Of a stretch of DNA of 64,000 bases, positions 52,552 through 64,000 are shown piece after piece. Made by a program: the position numbers and the translations under genes. The notes under the pieces are model-generated. The model had not been told where the DNA came from. It did no database searches and was given only the letters and a program-made list of their open reading frames with translations. Source of the DNA: Carpediemonas membranifera BICM (taxonomy: Eukaryota; Protista; Fornicata). The stretch is from positions 248,001 through 312,000 of the forward strand of contig JAHDYR010000001.1 in assembly GCA_019828565.1 (NCBI GenBank), in the 5' to 3' direction. How positions within the stretch are numbered: position 1 is the first letter of the stretch; each line of letters starts with the position of its first letter.

Positions 52552-53472
52552 ATGAAGTTCATCATCGCCTTGGCTGTTATTGCCCTCGCTTTCGCCCAGC
52601 TCACAGAACGTGAAGCTGAGATGATCCGCCAAACTAGCCCTTCCTTCCAGGTTTGTGGCCGCACGCCATTCCTCACATAGGTCGGCATCCACGAGAAGTT
52701 CGTCGGCAAGACCGATTGGGAGCTCTCCCGCATGGTCATGCGCACCATCCCCGCCCGCCGCCCCCGCATGTTCGCCGAGTCCACCTTCGAGCTCGACTAC
52801 ACTCTTCCCGAGTCCTTCGATTCCCGCGACAAGTGGGGTGCTTCCTGCCCCACCGTCAAGGAGATCCGTAACCAGGCCCAGTGCGGCTCCTGCTGGGCCT
52901 TCGGCGCCGCTGAGTCCTCCTCCGACCGCTACTGCATCGCCAAGGGCGAGTCCGTGAAGTTCTCCGCTCAGTGGCTTGTTTCCTGCGACCACACCGACCA
53001 CGGCTGCAACGGCGGTGCCATGTACAACGTCTGGAACTACATTAAGAACTACGGCATCGTCCCCAACTCCTGCCTTTCCTACAAGTCCGCCCAGGGAGAC
53101 GTGCCCGCCTGCCCCTCCACCTGCGAGGACGGCTCCGCCCCCCAGAAGTACTACGCTACCTCCTTCAAGCAGCTCAACTCCGTTGAGGAGATCCAGGACG
53201 AGATCTACAACTACGGCCCCATCGAGGCTGCTTTCATCGTCTATCGCGATTTCTACTACTACACCTCCGGTGTCTACCACCACACCTCCGGCCAGGAGAT
53301 GGGCGGCCACGCCATCAAGATCATCGGCTGGGGCGTTGAGGACAACACTCCCTACTGGACTGTCGCCAACTCCTGGGGCTATGACTGGGGTATCGGTGGC
53401 ACCTTCAAGATCAAGCGTGGTGTTGATGAGTGCGGCATCGAGAGCCTCGGCCCCATGGCTGGCCACTTCTAA
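52552..53472 (+). CDS. CTSB: Cathepsin B-like cysteine protease; 30-nt intron at 52651-52680
   Basis: Signal peptide, LPESFDSR.KW..CPT..EIRNQ.QCGSCWAF, GCNGG, GGHAIKIIGWG, YW.VANSW. Confidence 0.97.
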
Positions 53473-53790
53473 GCTTGTAAACTGAATGCCATCATTTTTT
53501 GCAACTTCTTCTCTGCTGGCTGCAATCCCCCCCAGTAAGGTCTACTATCCCGCCAACATTGTTGTGAGTTATCGTCGATACATTTATGAGTAGGCTCGCA
53601 TAAAGGGCGGTTGAGTGGGGCTTTGCAGTTAATCAAGTGTCTGTGCGGCAGAGGAGCTGGGAAGTTACTGACCTAGCAAAAGAAGCTCAGCCAGGTAGAG
53701 CTGACGCATCCAATCTTTGATTCTTACGAGATTATCTGAGATTGAGATTACACAACATAGCCGAGATCGAGATTTGGGGGGAACGATCAC

Positions 53791-54417
53791 ATGCTTGGGA
53801 AACTATCGCTTGTTCTTGCTCTTGTGGCTCTTGTTAGCTGCAGCTGCAGCACGGATGGTATTTCCATATCTGTGGCCTACGGTACCAACCACGACACAAT
53901 CAACGTGGACTACAACATCATGTCTGCATGCTGGGCCGCTCATACTGGCCCGAACAACATAACATACATCGCTAGTGATCCAGAAGATAATTATCCCGAT
54001 GTCAATCTCACACGAAGCCTATACTCGAGCGAACAAGATTTCCCGACGGGATCCGCTTCCATCGACGTTTCAATCTTCGAGTCATACTACTCCTATGAGA
54101 ACAAGCGGCAGGTCTGCATAGCCATCGGAACAGACCTCGGTGGCTGCAGCAGAACGATGGCTCTTGGAATTCCATTGGATTCGAACAACGTCGATGACGG
54201 CGATGAGTTGCTCTATGGCATCGCGTTCATGTTCATCCTCTTGGTACTCTGCACCATAACGGCTGTACCGTGCTTTGTTGTGTGTGTCGCGTCACTTATA
54301 GTCTCCCTCGTCGTCGGTATAGTCTATGTGATGACTCGTGGGATTGGATCAAATGTAGACGAGGCACGTCGGCCGGTGCTCGGCCAGGGGGCGTATGGCC
54401 AGATTCAGAGAATGTAA
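53791..54417 (+). CDS. Membrane protein (signal peptide, C-terminal TM segments)
   Basis: Hydrophobic N-terminus; long Cys-containing hydrophobic stretch near the C-terminus. Confidence 0.7.
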   Translation: MLGKLSLVLALVALVSCSCSTDGISISVAYGTNHDTINVDYNIMSACWAAHTGPNNITYIASDPEDNYPDVNLTRSLYSSEQDFPTGSASIDVSIFESYYSYENKRQVCIAIGTDLGGCSRTMALGIPLDSNNVDDGDELLYGIAFMFILLVLCTITAVPCFVVCVASLIVSLVVGIVYVMTRGIGSNVDEARRPVLGQGAYGQIQRM

Positions 54418-54564
54418 ATGTTTTTTTGTCTTTTGTAGCAGAGTGAAGCACAATATCGGGCAGCACCTTTGTCGAGCTAGCTCAACTGTTCTCTCGCAGT
54501 CAGCCACCCCGCTCAAATAAACCCACTAACTCAGAGCATCAACTCCCTTAAATACAAGATTTAA

Positions 54565-55668
54565 TCACACAGCATCGAGATGAGGATCAATCACACCCTG
54601 GAACTGGAGGCGACACTCAAGCTCCTTGGCGGTAGTCTCGTCCGTCGTAGGCACCTCGAGCTTGTAGTATGTGCCGTCGCTTGAGACGATGACGAGGTTT
54701 GCTCCGTTATGGGTAAACGCGCAAACCGCGGAACGGTCCTTGATGCGGTATGAAGCAATCGACTTTGTGTCACTTACAAGCTTAACACCGTTGGAGAGGG
54801 GCTTGAAGAGCGTGCTCTTGCCGCCTTTGGCCCTCGTACCGCTCGCTTCAGCAGCCTCAACGCCAAGCTGGAAAATGTGGACGGTGCCCTTGTCTGACGT
54901 GGTTGCCAGCATATCCTTCATCGGAGAGAAGGCCAGGGAGCCGATAGCAGCGCCGAACGCGCCTCTCCGGAGCTCCTGGAGGTGGTGTGTCGTCTGTGTG
55001 TCGAAAACGCGGATCAGGGTGCCCTTAGCGGAAGCCGAGGCCACAAGGGTGCCGTCGGGGGAGATAGCGAGGGCGGCGAGGTCGTGGTTATGGGCGTGGA
55101 TGTGCACGGTGGAAGAAGTGGAGCCCTCGCCTTGCTCGACGCGAATCTGGCCGGGTTCGGCACCGGGGCAGGCGATAACGGAGGGCATGGTCGCGGGACA
55201 TACGGCGATCAGGCCACGGGGGTTAGAAGTGGTCTCGATTTGTTCGGTGAGACGCAGGTCGGCGAAATCGTAAAAATGAACCTTCTTCTCGAGCACGACG
55301 ATGACACGGTCGCGGCGAAGCTTCACAGCGAGGACGTCGGAGTGGAAGGTCAGGTCGCCGAGGCATTTGTTCTGGTGATCATCCCAAATGATTACTCTGT
55401 TGCGGGGCCACTTGGGGTTGTCTCCGCCGCCCACAAGAGCGAGGATGTTACACCGGAAAAGCATCTCTACTATACCAATACCACCACCACTACCGAAAGC
55501 TGAATAAGGAGAGCGTTTGGAGCACATACAGCGCTTAAAAGTTTCTTTGAAAGGATCTGTGTTGTAAATGGCAAACCCGGACTGTGTCCCGCAAGATATA
55601 CACCCTGCATCTTGGTTAAAGCCAACGTAAAGGAACTGCGAGTCCTTAATTCTCGTCAAACTGTTCAT
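54565..55668 (-). CDS. ATG18: PROPPIN ATG18/WIPI3-like; in-frame 30-nt intron at 55500-55529
   Basis: FNQD..C..CGT..GF.IYN.DP, VEMLFRCNILALVGGG, AS.KGTLIRVF, ELRRG, SDKGTVHIF. Confidence 0.95.
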   Translation of the reverse strand: MNSLTRIKDSQFLYVGFNQDAGCISCGTQSGFAIYNTDPFKETFKRCMCSKRSPYSAFGSGGGIGIVEMLFRCNILALVGGGDNPKWPRNRVIIWDDHQNKCLGDLTFHSDVLAVKLRRDRVIVVLEKKVHFYDFADLRLTEQIETTSNPRGLIAVCPATMPSVIACPGAEPGQIRVEQGEGSTSSTVHIHAHNHDLAALAISPDGTLVASASAKGTLIRVFDTQTTHHLQELRRGAFGAAIGSLAFSPMKDMLATTSDKGTVHIFQLGVEAAEASGTRAKGGKSTLFKPLSNGVKLVSDTKSIASYRIKDRSAVCAFTHNGANLVIVSSDGTYYKLEVPTTDETTAKELECRLQFQGVIDPHLDAV

Positions 55669-55984
55669 TGTGTTGCCTTGACCTTTTCTGACAATTCGTG
55701 CAAAATGAGTTGGATGCTTCTCTCGCCGTCAAGATTGAAGAATAGTGGTGCAAAGCCAGATGTCCGGCGGGCACAAGCCTTGGAGGAAATGCATGGCGCA
55801 GCTTGTCTGAAATTTGTTGACCAGGCAAGACTGGAGAAGCCTGATGGATACTCCAGACCATGGTGCATGTGGACGCCGCCGGCGAGACTGGAAGCACAAT
55901 GCTGCAGAATGAGGCCAGCTGACGACTTACATGTCGCCATGTATACCATAAACGAAATGACCACGACAACAAAAGCAGACGAGA

Positions 55985-58054
55985 ATGGGGGATTCTTACG
56001 CTGCAACGGATTTCTTCCTTCACAGTGTCTCTGATGCGCGTAAAATCCTTGATCAAAAGGAGATTGAACTTCAGCGAGAGCGCAATTCCATGAGGTCATT
56101 CATTCGCAAGAATGTGGACCAATTCCGAGATCTTCTAGCCAGTACAGCCATCGCAAAGACAGCTTGTGTCTCCTACGGCATCAAGCTAGACGCTGGTGTG
56201 CTTGATACGGCTCCACTCTCGCTCTCTGACGAGGACCTCTCCCTCTTGCGAGAAGTACTCATCAACAAGGGCATTGCGTCCCTTCTCGCCGACACATCTC
56301 CTCTATCACTCCTCACAGCAACTGCCATTTACCTTATTTATGGTGGAACCGACGATCTCAAGGAGCAATGTGTGTCCATGGCCGCCCGAGTCGCCGGTCT
56401 CACTCAGTCTGTCGACGAGCTCGCCGTTGCATACATAGTCATGTTCCTGCTGACAAAGGACGACTCCGCTGATCCTATCGCCCACATCACGGCCACGCTT
56501 CGCTCGCTCCTTGCCAGGATGATTGGGCCAAGGGTTGGCCGAGATTTCCAGAAGATCGACCAGGCCGTTACTCTGATCAACAGGCTGGCCGATAGCGATA
56601 CGGTAGTCCAAGCGGCTAGCAAGATCCACGGCAGTAATCTCGTTTCCCCCGACCTTGTCAACATGTTTATTGATCGAGTCAAATTTGGCAAATCCTTGAA
56701 TATTGACCCGCCCGTGATCGCATCTGAGATTCATGCGATCTTTATCATCCTTCATCCGACTGGTTTAGACTCCATCGTCGACCCAGCAGACATCTCCCCG
56801 CGCACTTCTTCCTTCTCCGTACGCGACGTCTTCACTGACTCCGGAAACTGGGTCAATGACTGTCAATCCTTGGTCGAATCGTCTATTCCGGCAATGTCAG
56901 TTGATGAACTCTCGACTCTCCTCGAGTCGTCTCACAAGTGGGCGTCGGTGTCTGCCCTAGACCTGTGGAAGCTGGTACTTCGTCCTGCAGTCGAGCGGCG
57001 ACTCCACAAAGAGGCAGTCAAGGGCCTTGAGTCGTTTGACATCGCCCAGCACGCGAGACAGCGGAGTAAGGACAAGGATCCGAAGACTCAGGAGACAGTC
57101 AACCGCGCCATGTTCGCTGACCTCGAGGAGGCCGCGGCGTCGGTCGGGCTGTCGGCGCTGCTCAGAGCTGGACGGCTCAAGGCCTCCTGGCAGCGTAGGA
57201 TCACCAAGGTTGCTGAGATTTTGCATCCGGCCCCCACGGCCGTCGAGGCGGCGGTTCGATCTTTGGATAGATATGCTGCATCTGAACCAACTGATCCGGC
57301 AGCAATATTGGCTGTTATTTCTGTTGCAAACGAGCTTGGAATATTGTCACCGGAGGCGGTCAAGAGATTGGCTGGAGCGTTCTTCGAGATTCAGTTGAGA
57401 GATGCGGTCAAGACTTATGTGTCTTCCGTATCTGCCAGCCCCGACTCCGGCATGTCGACCGCTCTCCACGCGCTCTTGTCAACCACATGTGACTCAATCG
57501 ACTGTGCCATCATGATTTGCGGGCCGAGTCCGATTCTACGCTCAGTCGCCCGCACTGTCCTCCACGGGCTGACCGTCTCTGCACTCTGGAACGCCCACCA
57601 CGCCAAGCCTGTTGCCCCAGCGCTTGCCTTCCAGCTTGGTTTGGATGTTTCTGTGCTTCAGCGCCTGACAGTTCTCAGAGTCGCGACTCCGAAGCGACTT
57701 GAGTACTACAAGGACTACGACCCTGTCGGATGCGGCGTGCTGGGCGATTATCTAACCCTAGCCGCCGCCGTCAGCCAGGCCGAATCAGAGTCCAAGGAGG
57801 CCGAGACCCCAACCCCGATGGTACAAGTCGAGGGTGACCCGGAGACACCTTCCCCAGCCACCGCAGAGCCTTCCCCGACCTCAACCGAGCCTGGCCCGGT
57901 TCACACAAGGGCCCCTGACGCGGTACTGCGGGCAGAGCTACAGAGGGCGCATAACGACATGTTGAAGTGGTACATGGCGATGAACTGGAAGGCGGTGGAT
58001 GCAGTGGTCCGATCTGTAAGACTGAGGTATCTGGGATTGGCAGCTGGTTCATGA
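55985..58054 (+). CDS. CATCHR-type tethering subunit, COG1/Vps51-like
   Basis: N-terminal coiled coil E......MR..I......FRDLL, then all-helical sequence. Confidence 0.5.
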   Translation: MGDSYAATDFFLHSVSDARKILDQKEIELQRERNSMRSFIRKNVDQFRDLLASTAIAKTACVSYGIKLDAGVLDTAPLSLSDEDLSLLREVLINKGIASLLADTSPLSLLTATAIYLIYGGTDDLKEQCVSMAARVAGLTQSVDELAVAYIVMFLLTKDDSADPIAHITATLRSLLARMIGPRVGRDFQKIDQAVTLINRLADSDTVVQAASKIHGSNLVSPDLVNMFIDRVKFGKSLNIDPPVIASEIHAIFIILHPTGLDSIVDPADISPRTSSFSVRDVFTDSGNWVNDCQSLVESSIPAMSVDELSTLLESSHKWASVSALDLWKLVLRPAVERRLHKEAVKGLESFDIAQHARQRSKDKDPKTQETVNRAMFADLEEAAASVGLSALLRAGRLKASWQRRITKVAEILHPAPTAVEAAVRSLDRYAASEPTDPAAILAVISVANELGILSPEAVKRLAGAFFEIQLRDAVKTYVSSVSASPDSGMSTALHALLSTTCDSIDCAIMICGPSPILRSVARTVLHGLTVSALWNAHHAKPVAPALAFQLGLDVSVLQRLTVLRVATPKRLEYYKDYDPVGCGVLGDYLTLAAAVSQAESESKEAETPTPMVQVEGDPETPSPATAEPSPTSTEPGPVHTRAPDAVLRAELQRAHNDMLKWYMAMNWKAVDAVVRSVRLRYLGLAAGS

Positions 58055-58251
58055 GGAGACTAAATTTAGCCGGTAAAAATAGAAATTCTTACTTTATGGC
58101 TTGGGGAGGTTGGGTTGAGTGAGGTAAGGTGCCTGGCATGACATGTTCAAGTATGGAAATTGGAACTAATATGATGCACTCAGCGAAACTTGACCGACTG
58201 AACGCAACGAGGATCGAGCGTGCAACAGGCAGCGGCAAAGTATTTTGAAGA

Positions 58252-59592
58252 ATGTCGCAGCAATACATCGACGCAGGTTCCTTTTCATTCTTCTTTGAAC
58301 TAAGTGCTTGGCCTCTTGGTTTGTTATCGCCACATCCAGGCATTTTCTTCTTCTTTACTCAGAGCATCTCTACAACAACTTCTTGCTTGCCACTTTCACA
58401 AACAACGCAACTCTCACACTTCTCCTGGCCTACATCTGGGAGTCTGTAGAAACTTTTGGCTTTAGCGTATGTACCTTTCTTCCAACGATCAAAACCCTTC
58501 TTTCCAAGGGCCCCGTCGGCATCCTGCCCTCTCACACAGGTTATGGCACTTTTCGACCCTGCCACGGAGTTCGAGCTCATTGGAGACTCTATTATTGGCG
58601 ACATCTGGTCTGCCGTGCTCGCTATTCTCGTCGTTAAGTTCATCGCTTGGCGAACAAACAACTACAAACGCCGCCAGTGGGGTTTTATTGACTCGATCAA
58701 GATCATCACCAAGTACATCATCCACCATCCCATCTCTGCCGTCGTAATGGGCGTTAGCCTGATGATTGGCCGAGTAACTTTCTGGGTTATACCCACATCC
58801 GGCGACACGCGGTTATGGGCACTACTATTCCACTACCTCGCAGACTCACTCACGATGTTTGTCATGGTTTTCGCTTGCGGTGGCCTTTTTGCGCATAATC
58901 TGCGGAGGGCTTTTTACTCGGTGATCTTTTTAACACTGTGGCACATCGCAACCTACCAAATCGCCATGGCCTACGTCTCATGCATACTCGCTTCAATAGT
59001 GGGCGTCGGCGCGATCCTCGCTCTTGAACTTTTCGTTCCCCCAATCAGGCGGAAGGTCAAGGAGCGCGAAGACCCTTCCGCAGCAAAGAGAAACAATGAT
59101 TCATTCAAAATGGAGCGAATGTTGAAGCGGCTTGGGCGATGGGTAGCCCGGGACAAGATTACACAGGCGCAGCTTGAGCAATGGATGGCAAGAAATGATT
59201 CCATCTCCCAACTGACCACAACACTCGGCGATGTCAAGAAGCGGGTGAACTCCGACGATACGGAGATCATCATCGACTCGAGTTTTGCAGTAAGCAGCTA
59301 TCCCACGACGCTCACTGCTACACAGAGCGCCTTACCGTCCCCAAGCAACTCCGACGGCGACGGTGAGGGTGAGGCTCATAGCCCACGTCTTTCATCAGAT
59401 GATGAGTGCTTCGGCGGTGGTAACACTCTGCCTGCCCCGCTGAGTGTGGACGTCGCCGGGCTGAGTCCCGCACCCCCCCACATGGCCGTCGTTGTCGAGG
59501 CTGAGCCTTCAGGGTTTATGAGTGTCGACGATGATGTGCCACCCACCCCTAAGGAGATTGGGCCGTCCCAGCTTCTTAAGCAGAGGCTGTGA
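58252..59592 (+). CDS. Multi-pass membrane protein; introns at 58319-58362 and 58467-58539
   Basis: Two consensus introns join three ORF-track frames; W..EH...WE..E...D...D pattern among TM helices; acidic/Ser-rich tail. Confidence 0.65.
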
Positions 59593-59661
59593 GTGTTTGC
59601 ACTTTAAACAAGGTTAAGGTTAGGTAAACTTGGGCTTAGCGTGTCAGAATTCAGTTTCTAT

Positions 59662-60283
59662 TTACATGCTCTTGATCTTATGGTAAATGACGTTGAATCT
59701 AGCGAGGAATGTCTCCAGATAAAGCCCGATGCAGACGCCGAAGAACCAGACGTACATCTTCCAGTTCGTAGAGACCAGGTTGACGATGCCGGGGCCGGGG
59801 CAGATGCCGCCAATGCCCCAGCCGATGCCGAAGATGATGGGGCCAATGACGAGGTTCCAGGCGAGTTTGTTGTTGGTGGGCATGCCGAACTTGTCAGCGA
59901 GGAGGGGCTTCTTCAAAGCGCGGACGAGGATCTGGAAAGCAATAAAGGTGAAGATGAGGCCGCCACCCATAACGAAGCCGAGAGAGGGGTCCCAGTTGAG
60001 CCAGTCGGCAACAGCAAGGAAACGGAGAACCTTCTGTGTGAGAATGAGGGGTGGTGAGAGGACAGACGTTCGGGTTCGTCATGTTGGAGAGCGCAAGGCC
60101 GAAGGCAAAGAGGAAGCCTGCAAAGAAGGTGATTCCGTAGTACATGACGTGCTTGAACATGCTTGGCGATGGTTTCTGGGCATCTGCAGCTGATGAAGCG
60201 TTCTTTGAAGCATTCTTCTGGTTCAGAGGCTTAGTTTCCCCAACAGATTGTGTTTTGCGCTGGCGTACCTCGGTTTTAAGCAT
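59662..60283 (-). CDS. YeeE/YedE-family sulfur-compound transporter half-unit; 34-nt intron at 60034-60067
   Basis: G.LF..GL..S.M.NP.KV..FL......WDPSL.FVMGG, G..IFGIGWGIGGICPGP. Confidence 0.88.
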
Positions 60284-60580
60284 CGCTGTTGTCTCTATTC
60301 GATGTGAAATCAGTTCGACTGCCCCAACTCGAATCAAGTCATTAGTGGGCCAGCTGGGCGATCATCGCTGCCGGTTGATGTCACAGACCGTCTAAATCAT
60401 ATTTGCCCCATTTTTTAATGTAACTTTCTGACCCGGCGGACTATGGTTGGGTCAGCTACAAACTGACTCTGACTCACACTTCATTCGCCGGTCAGCGCTC
60501 ACTATCCCAGTCGAGGGTGTCATCAACTGCCTCTCTACTTGCCAAATCCGCATAAATATGTTTTAAAACAATAGAACACG

Positions 60581-61372
60581 TCAAAACGCTCCAAACGAAA
60601 TCGACGAGGTTACAGCATCAAACTGTGAAGGTTGACTTGGCGCAAGGCCGACTCTGGGAATGATTGGGGAGAACTCAGGAATAAAAAACGATCGCCGGGC
60701 AGTCCCCCCACATCGCTTCAAAGTGGCATAAACTGCCCGAGTTCCTGGAGTCAGGCCGGGAGTCTGATCCGGTCTCACACGATCTTGACGAACCGAGACC
60801 GGCTGTCTCGCGTCGCTGAACATTGCGATCGTCTGCGCCCGGGTCGGTGTGGCTTGAATGGCGAGTGGTCCATCGTTTGGTTGTTCCTGTTTCGCCGTGA
60901 CCTTGAGTGGGTCCTGCGACTCTCCCAGCTGCACACATTCAGGTGTAGAGATGTGGGACGCTGGCGATGTGATGGGTGCGACTTCGGCGGAGTCTAAGGT
61001 GCAGTCTAGCCATTGCGGGAGATTGACTGCTGATTGAGAGACCCGGTCGCGCTGAGGTGCAGTTAGGACAGCAGAGGCAAGCCTGAGCTCTGTTGGCGAG
61101 GTAAACTCGGGTTGGGAGCCCGAAAAGGCGGGGTGGATCAACAATGGCTGGACGGCGATCGGCGGAGGGTGTTGAGGATCGGAGCTCTGCTTTTCAACGC
61201 TTAAATGTTCTTTCGAGCGCTTGATTATGTTCTTGGTGTCGAAGAACGGGGGATTCACAGCAGACTCGAAGATTGGGGTACAAAGAGAGCGGCACGAGTT
61301 CTTTGCATCAACGCATGGGACAAGAAAAGCAACTTCGCTCTGGTTACGGCCATTAGACCTGTTTTCGCTCAT
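60581..61372 (-). CDS. Hypothetical low-complexity protein
   Basis: 263-aa ATG-initiated Pro/Ser-rich ORF. Confidence 0.5.
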   Translation of the reverse strand: MSENRSNGRNQSEVAFLVPCVDAKNSCRSLCTPIFESAVNPPFFDTKNIIKRSKEHLSVEKQSSDPQHPPPIAVQPLLIHPAFSGSQPEFTSPTELRLASAVLTAPQRDRVSQSAVNLPQWLDCTLDSAEVAPITSPASHISTPECVQLGESQDPLKVTAKQEQPNDGPLAIQATPTRAQTIAMFSDARQPVSVRQDRVRPDQTPGLTPGTRAVYATLKRCGGTARRSFFIPEFSPIIPRVGLAPSQPSQFDAVTSSISFGAF

Positions 61373-61608
61373 CTATTCCGATCCTAGTGCGCTCGCCCCA
61401 AGACAACTCCATCGACTGTGGTACTCGGATCCACCCGGCAGCATGTCATGTGAGGTTGTTGGGGGGCTAGAATGGTGTAGTGCGCGTATTCTGTCGTGTT
61501 GCAACGCTCCAGATGAACGTAACTGTCGCGTGAAACGATCAGTCTGCAGTTGGAAGCGTCGTAAAAAAAGCGGTTTACCTCAAAGTTTCCTATAAGAGTG
61601 AGTCTAAT

Positions 61609-63443
61609 CTACATGGCATCCGACCCATCGTGAATGGCGTCGCTCAGCTTGCCCTTCAAATCGCCGTTCGTTTTCAACAACCGATCAAGAATCAAAGCCC
61701 AGTTGGCAACCTCCTGCCTCCCAGCATCCAATCGCCCAAGCTCTGAGGCCATATTGTCCACCAGCGCCGCATAGCTCTCGTCCTTAGTCCTAAGCACCGC
61801 GTCGGCTGTCTCCACCAGCCCCTCCATCCATTGACCCAGCTGGACGGTATAGTCCATCATGGTCCCGCCCCGAAGTAAATCTCGGGCGGCAGGGTGGCGG
61901 GTTGGGACTGTGGTGGCGATGGCTGGGGTGTGGGGGCGGGTGGCTGACCCTAGCGCGGTCATGTGACCGACGACGGCGTCGCCGAGCTCAGAGGGCGCGG
62001 GGAATTGGCCCTGGACGTCGGGATCGCCCAGAGGGTCGACTTGGGCCATCATTCTCATCTCATCGGCAGCCCAGGCGACCGACTCGCCATAAACTGCGAT
62101 TAAGTCGTCCTGACTGTGGCTGAGTGCCTCTGCCCTGCCCCTGTCGGCGTACACCAGCGCCCTGAGCTTGTCGTGCGTGCTCGTGAGTATGGAATACACC
62201 AGGTCGACCGACTCCTCGTCAATTGGCCCTAGTTTCGCGGTGGCCTGATTCTCCTCAGCTAGCCGCGAGTTCTCAGCTCTGAGCTGTTCCAGCTCGAGCT
62301 TGAGTGCGGCATTTGACTCCTCCAGCCGCCTTGCCCTTTCAGCAAGTGGAACTGTCTCGTGCAGGGCGGCGTTGTTACGAACCATACTGCATCTGGCAGC
62401 AAACATCAGGGTAGACTTAGTTTCATCCGCGTTACGAGCAGAAGGCCCCACCGTGGCGATCAGCACGGTCCTGGAGTCGCCACCGAGGCCGTGGGCCAGA
62501 ATCTTCGTCAGCTTACAGTTACGATACGGCACGTGCGACCGACCCGCTATGAGTGCGTCGATCACGTTCCCCAGCTCTGAAAGGCTCTTGTTGATGTGCC
62601 CCGCCTCTCTACTACGGTCGCCTCGGGACTTTGACTTGCGAGCCCTCTCTGACCCTGCCAGGTCGACCAGGGTGAGATCTGACACAAGCTCCGTGTCGTC
62701 GGCGGTCAGCTGCTCCACTGTGGCGGCAAGGATGGTGTGTGAGCGGCTACTGGCTTCGTTCATGGCGGTAGCGGCGCGGTATTCCTTGACTGTCTCGAGT
62801 CCGCGGTTGACAACGGACATGGCGACAGTGACGTTGTCTGCGGCCCACTGGGTGAGGCCCTCGACCATGAATCTGTCCCCGGACTCAAACATCTCCAGCG
62901 ACTTGTGCTCTTCGGCCAGTAAATCAGTCACAGATTCGTTGTAAATCTGAAGGAAGGATAGGTAGACCCGCCACTCTTTGATTGATCCCTCGCGCTGCTT
63001 AAGGTGGAGTCCGTCGAAAAGGGCGGTGAGGCAGCGGGGGATGATGCCGGTCTCGGGGCCAATGGAGTAGTCCCGCGTCGTGTTCAAGATACCCATGGTA
63101 TAGGTCTTGCCTGTGCCGGTCTGGCCGTAGGCGAGGAGGGTTCCGTTGTAGCCCTGGAGCACCTGGTCGACGAGATGAGACGCCGTGTCGCTGAATACGA
63201 GCGACTGGGAGGCATTACTGCTAAAGACACCGTTGAAGGAGAAGCTGGTGCTTGAGACATCCCGCGGCGGCCTAAAAACTATGGAATCCTGCGTAAACGG
63301 AAAAATTCAGTTCAAACTTCTCGGTCCTCCATCGTATCGTACCCGTCGATCGAACAATCGAACGAATAGTCTTCATCTACCTCATCCTCTATTGGTGGAC
63401 GTACACGGATGAAAACCTTCAGCCGCTGATCGTCCTTGGTCAT
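61609..63443 (-). CDS. Kinesin motor protein; 29-nt intron at 63289-63317
   Basis: KVFIRVRP (exon 1), F.FN.VF, AYGQTGTGKTYTM, MNEASSRSH, LVDLAGSER, HVPYR..KLT; coiled-coil tail. Confidence 0.95.
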
Positions 63444-63555
63444 TCGACGAGAACAGGTTGACTAACCTGCACCTTCGAGAACCAGTCTCAGAGCTCAGCC
63501 TGCCTGCTTGCGCGAGAGCTGGCTGCTATCAGATCAGACTGCTTCTTTACAATGC

Positions 63556-63828
<273 letters not shown>

Positions 63829-64000
63829 CTACTATGGAAAAAACGGTCAGAACTGAAGTTGGATCCGACCACCAAGATCCATCGGACAAGTCTGACGTTC
63901 ATATCCGTATTGTGCAACGCTGGAAGCTCCTTGTCGATAACAAACCATCTTTTGCAATTTCAATGAAATGTTGCTGTGGGGCGAGACACGATCCGCAAAA

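Overview
This is eukaryotic, very gene-dense DNA (about 40 genes, intergenic gaps often under 200 bp, standard genetic code) from a flagellated protist. Evidence: SF-assemblin, ZMYND12 and CCDC57-like genes, plus 17 tiny 5'-biased introns whose branch point sits at a fixed distance from the 3' AG. This suggests a fornicate/metamonad such as a Carpediemonas-like organism (inference). Most genes are housekeeping (cyclin H, RAD23, class I HDAC, RPS4, ICMT, eEF1-gamma, NAA10, UTP5, TAF12, CDC123, VPS18, DDI1, TFB5, cathepsin B, ATG18, kinesin, ubiquitin). The highlights are: (1) a Fanzor/TnpB-type RNA-guided nuclease locus (21220-22676, minus strand), split by +1 frameshifts but with all three RuvC catalytic residues and the Zn finger intact, and with a candidate omega-RNA hairpin set at its 3' end; (2) two copies of a ~280-bp TG...CA mini-element, each with a perfect 5-bp target-site duplication and ~40-bp terminal direct repeats; (3) a giant Zn-ribbon/WD40/kinase/HECT-like/RBR-RING2-like fusion gene whose N-terminus appears to be assembled through a 3-nt microexon; (4) a BED-finger/hAT-derived gene. 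All family assignments come from motif recognition by eye, not database searches.
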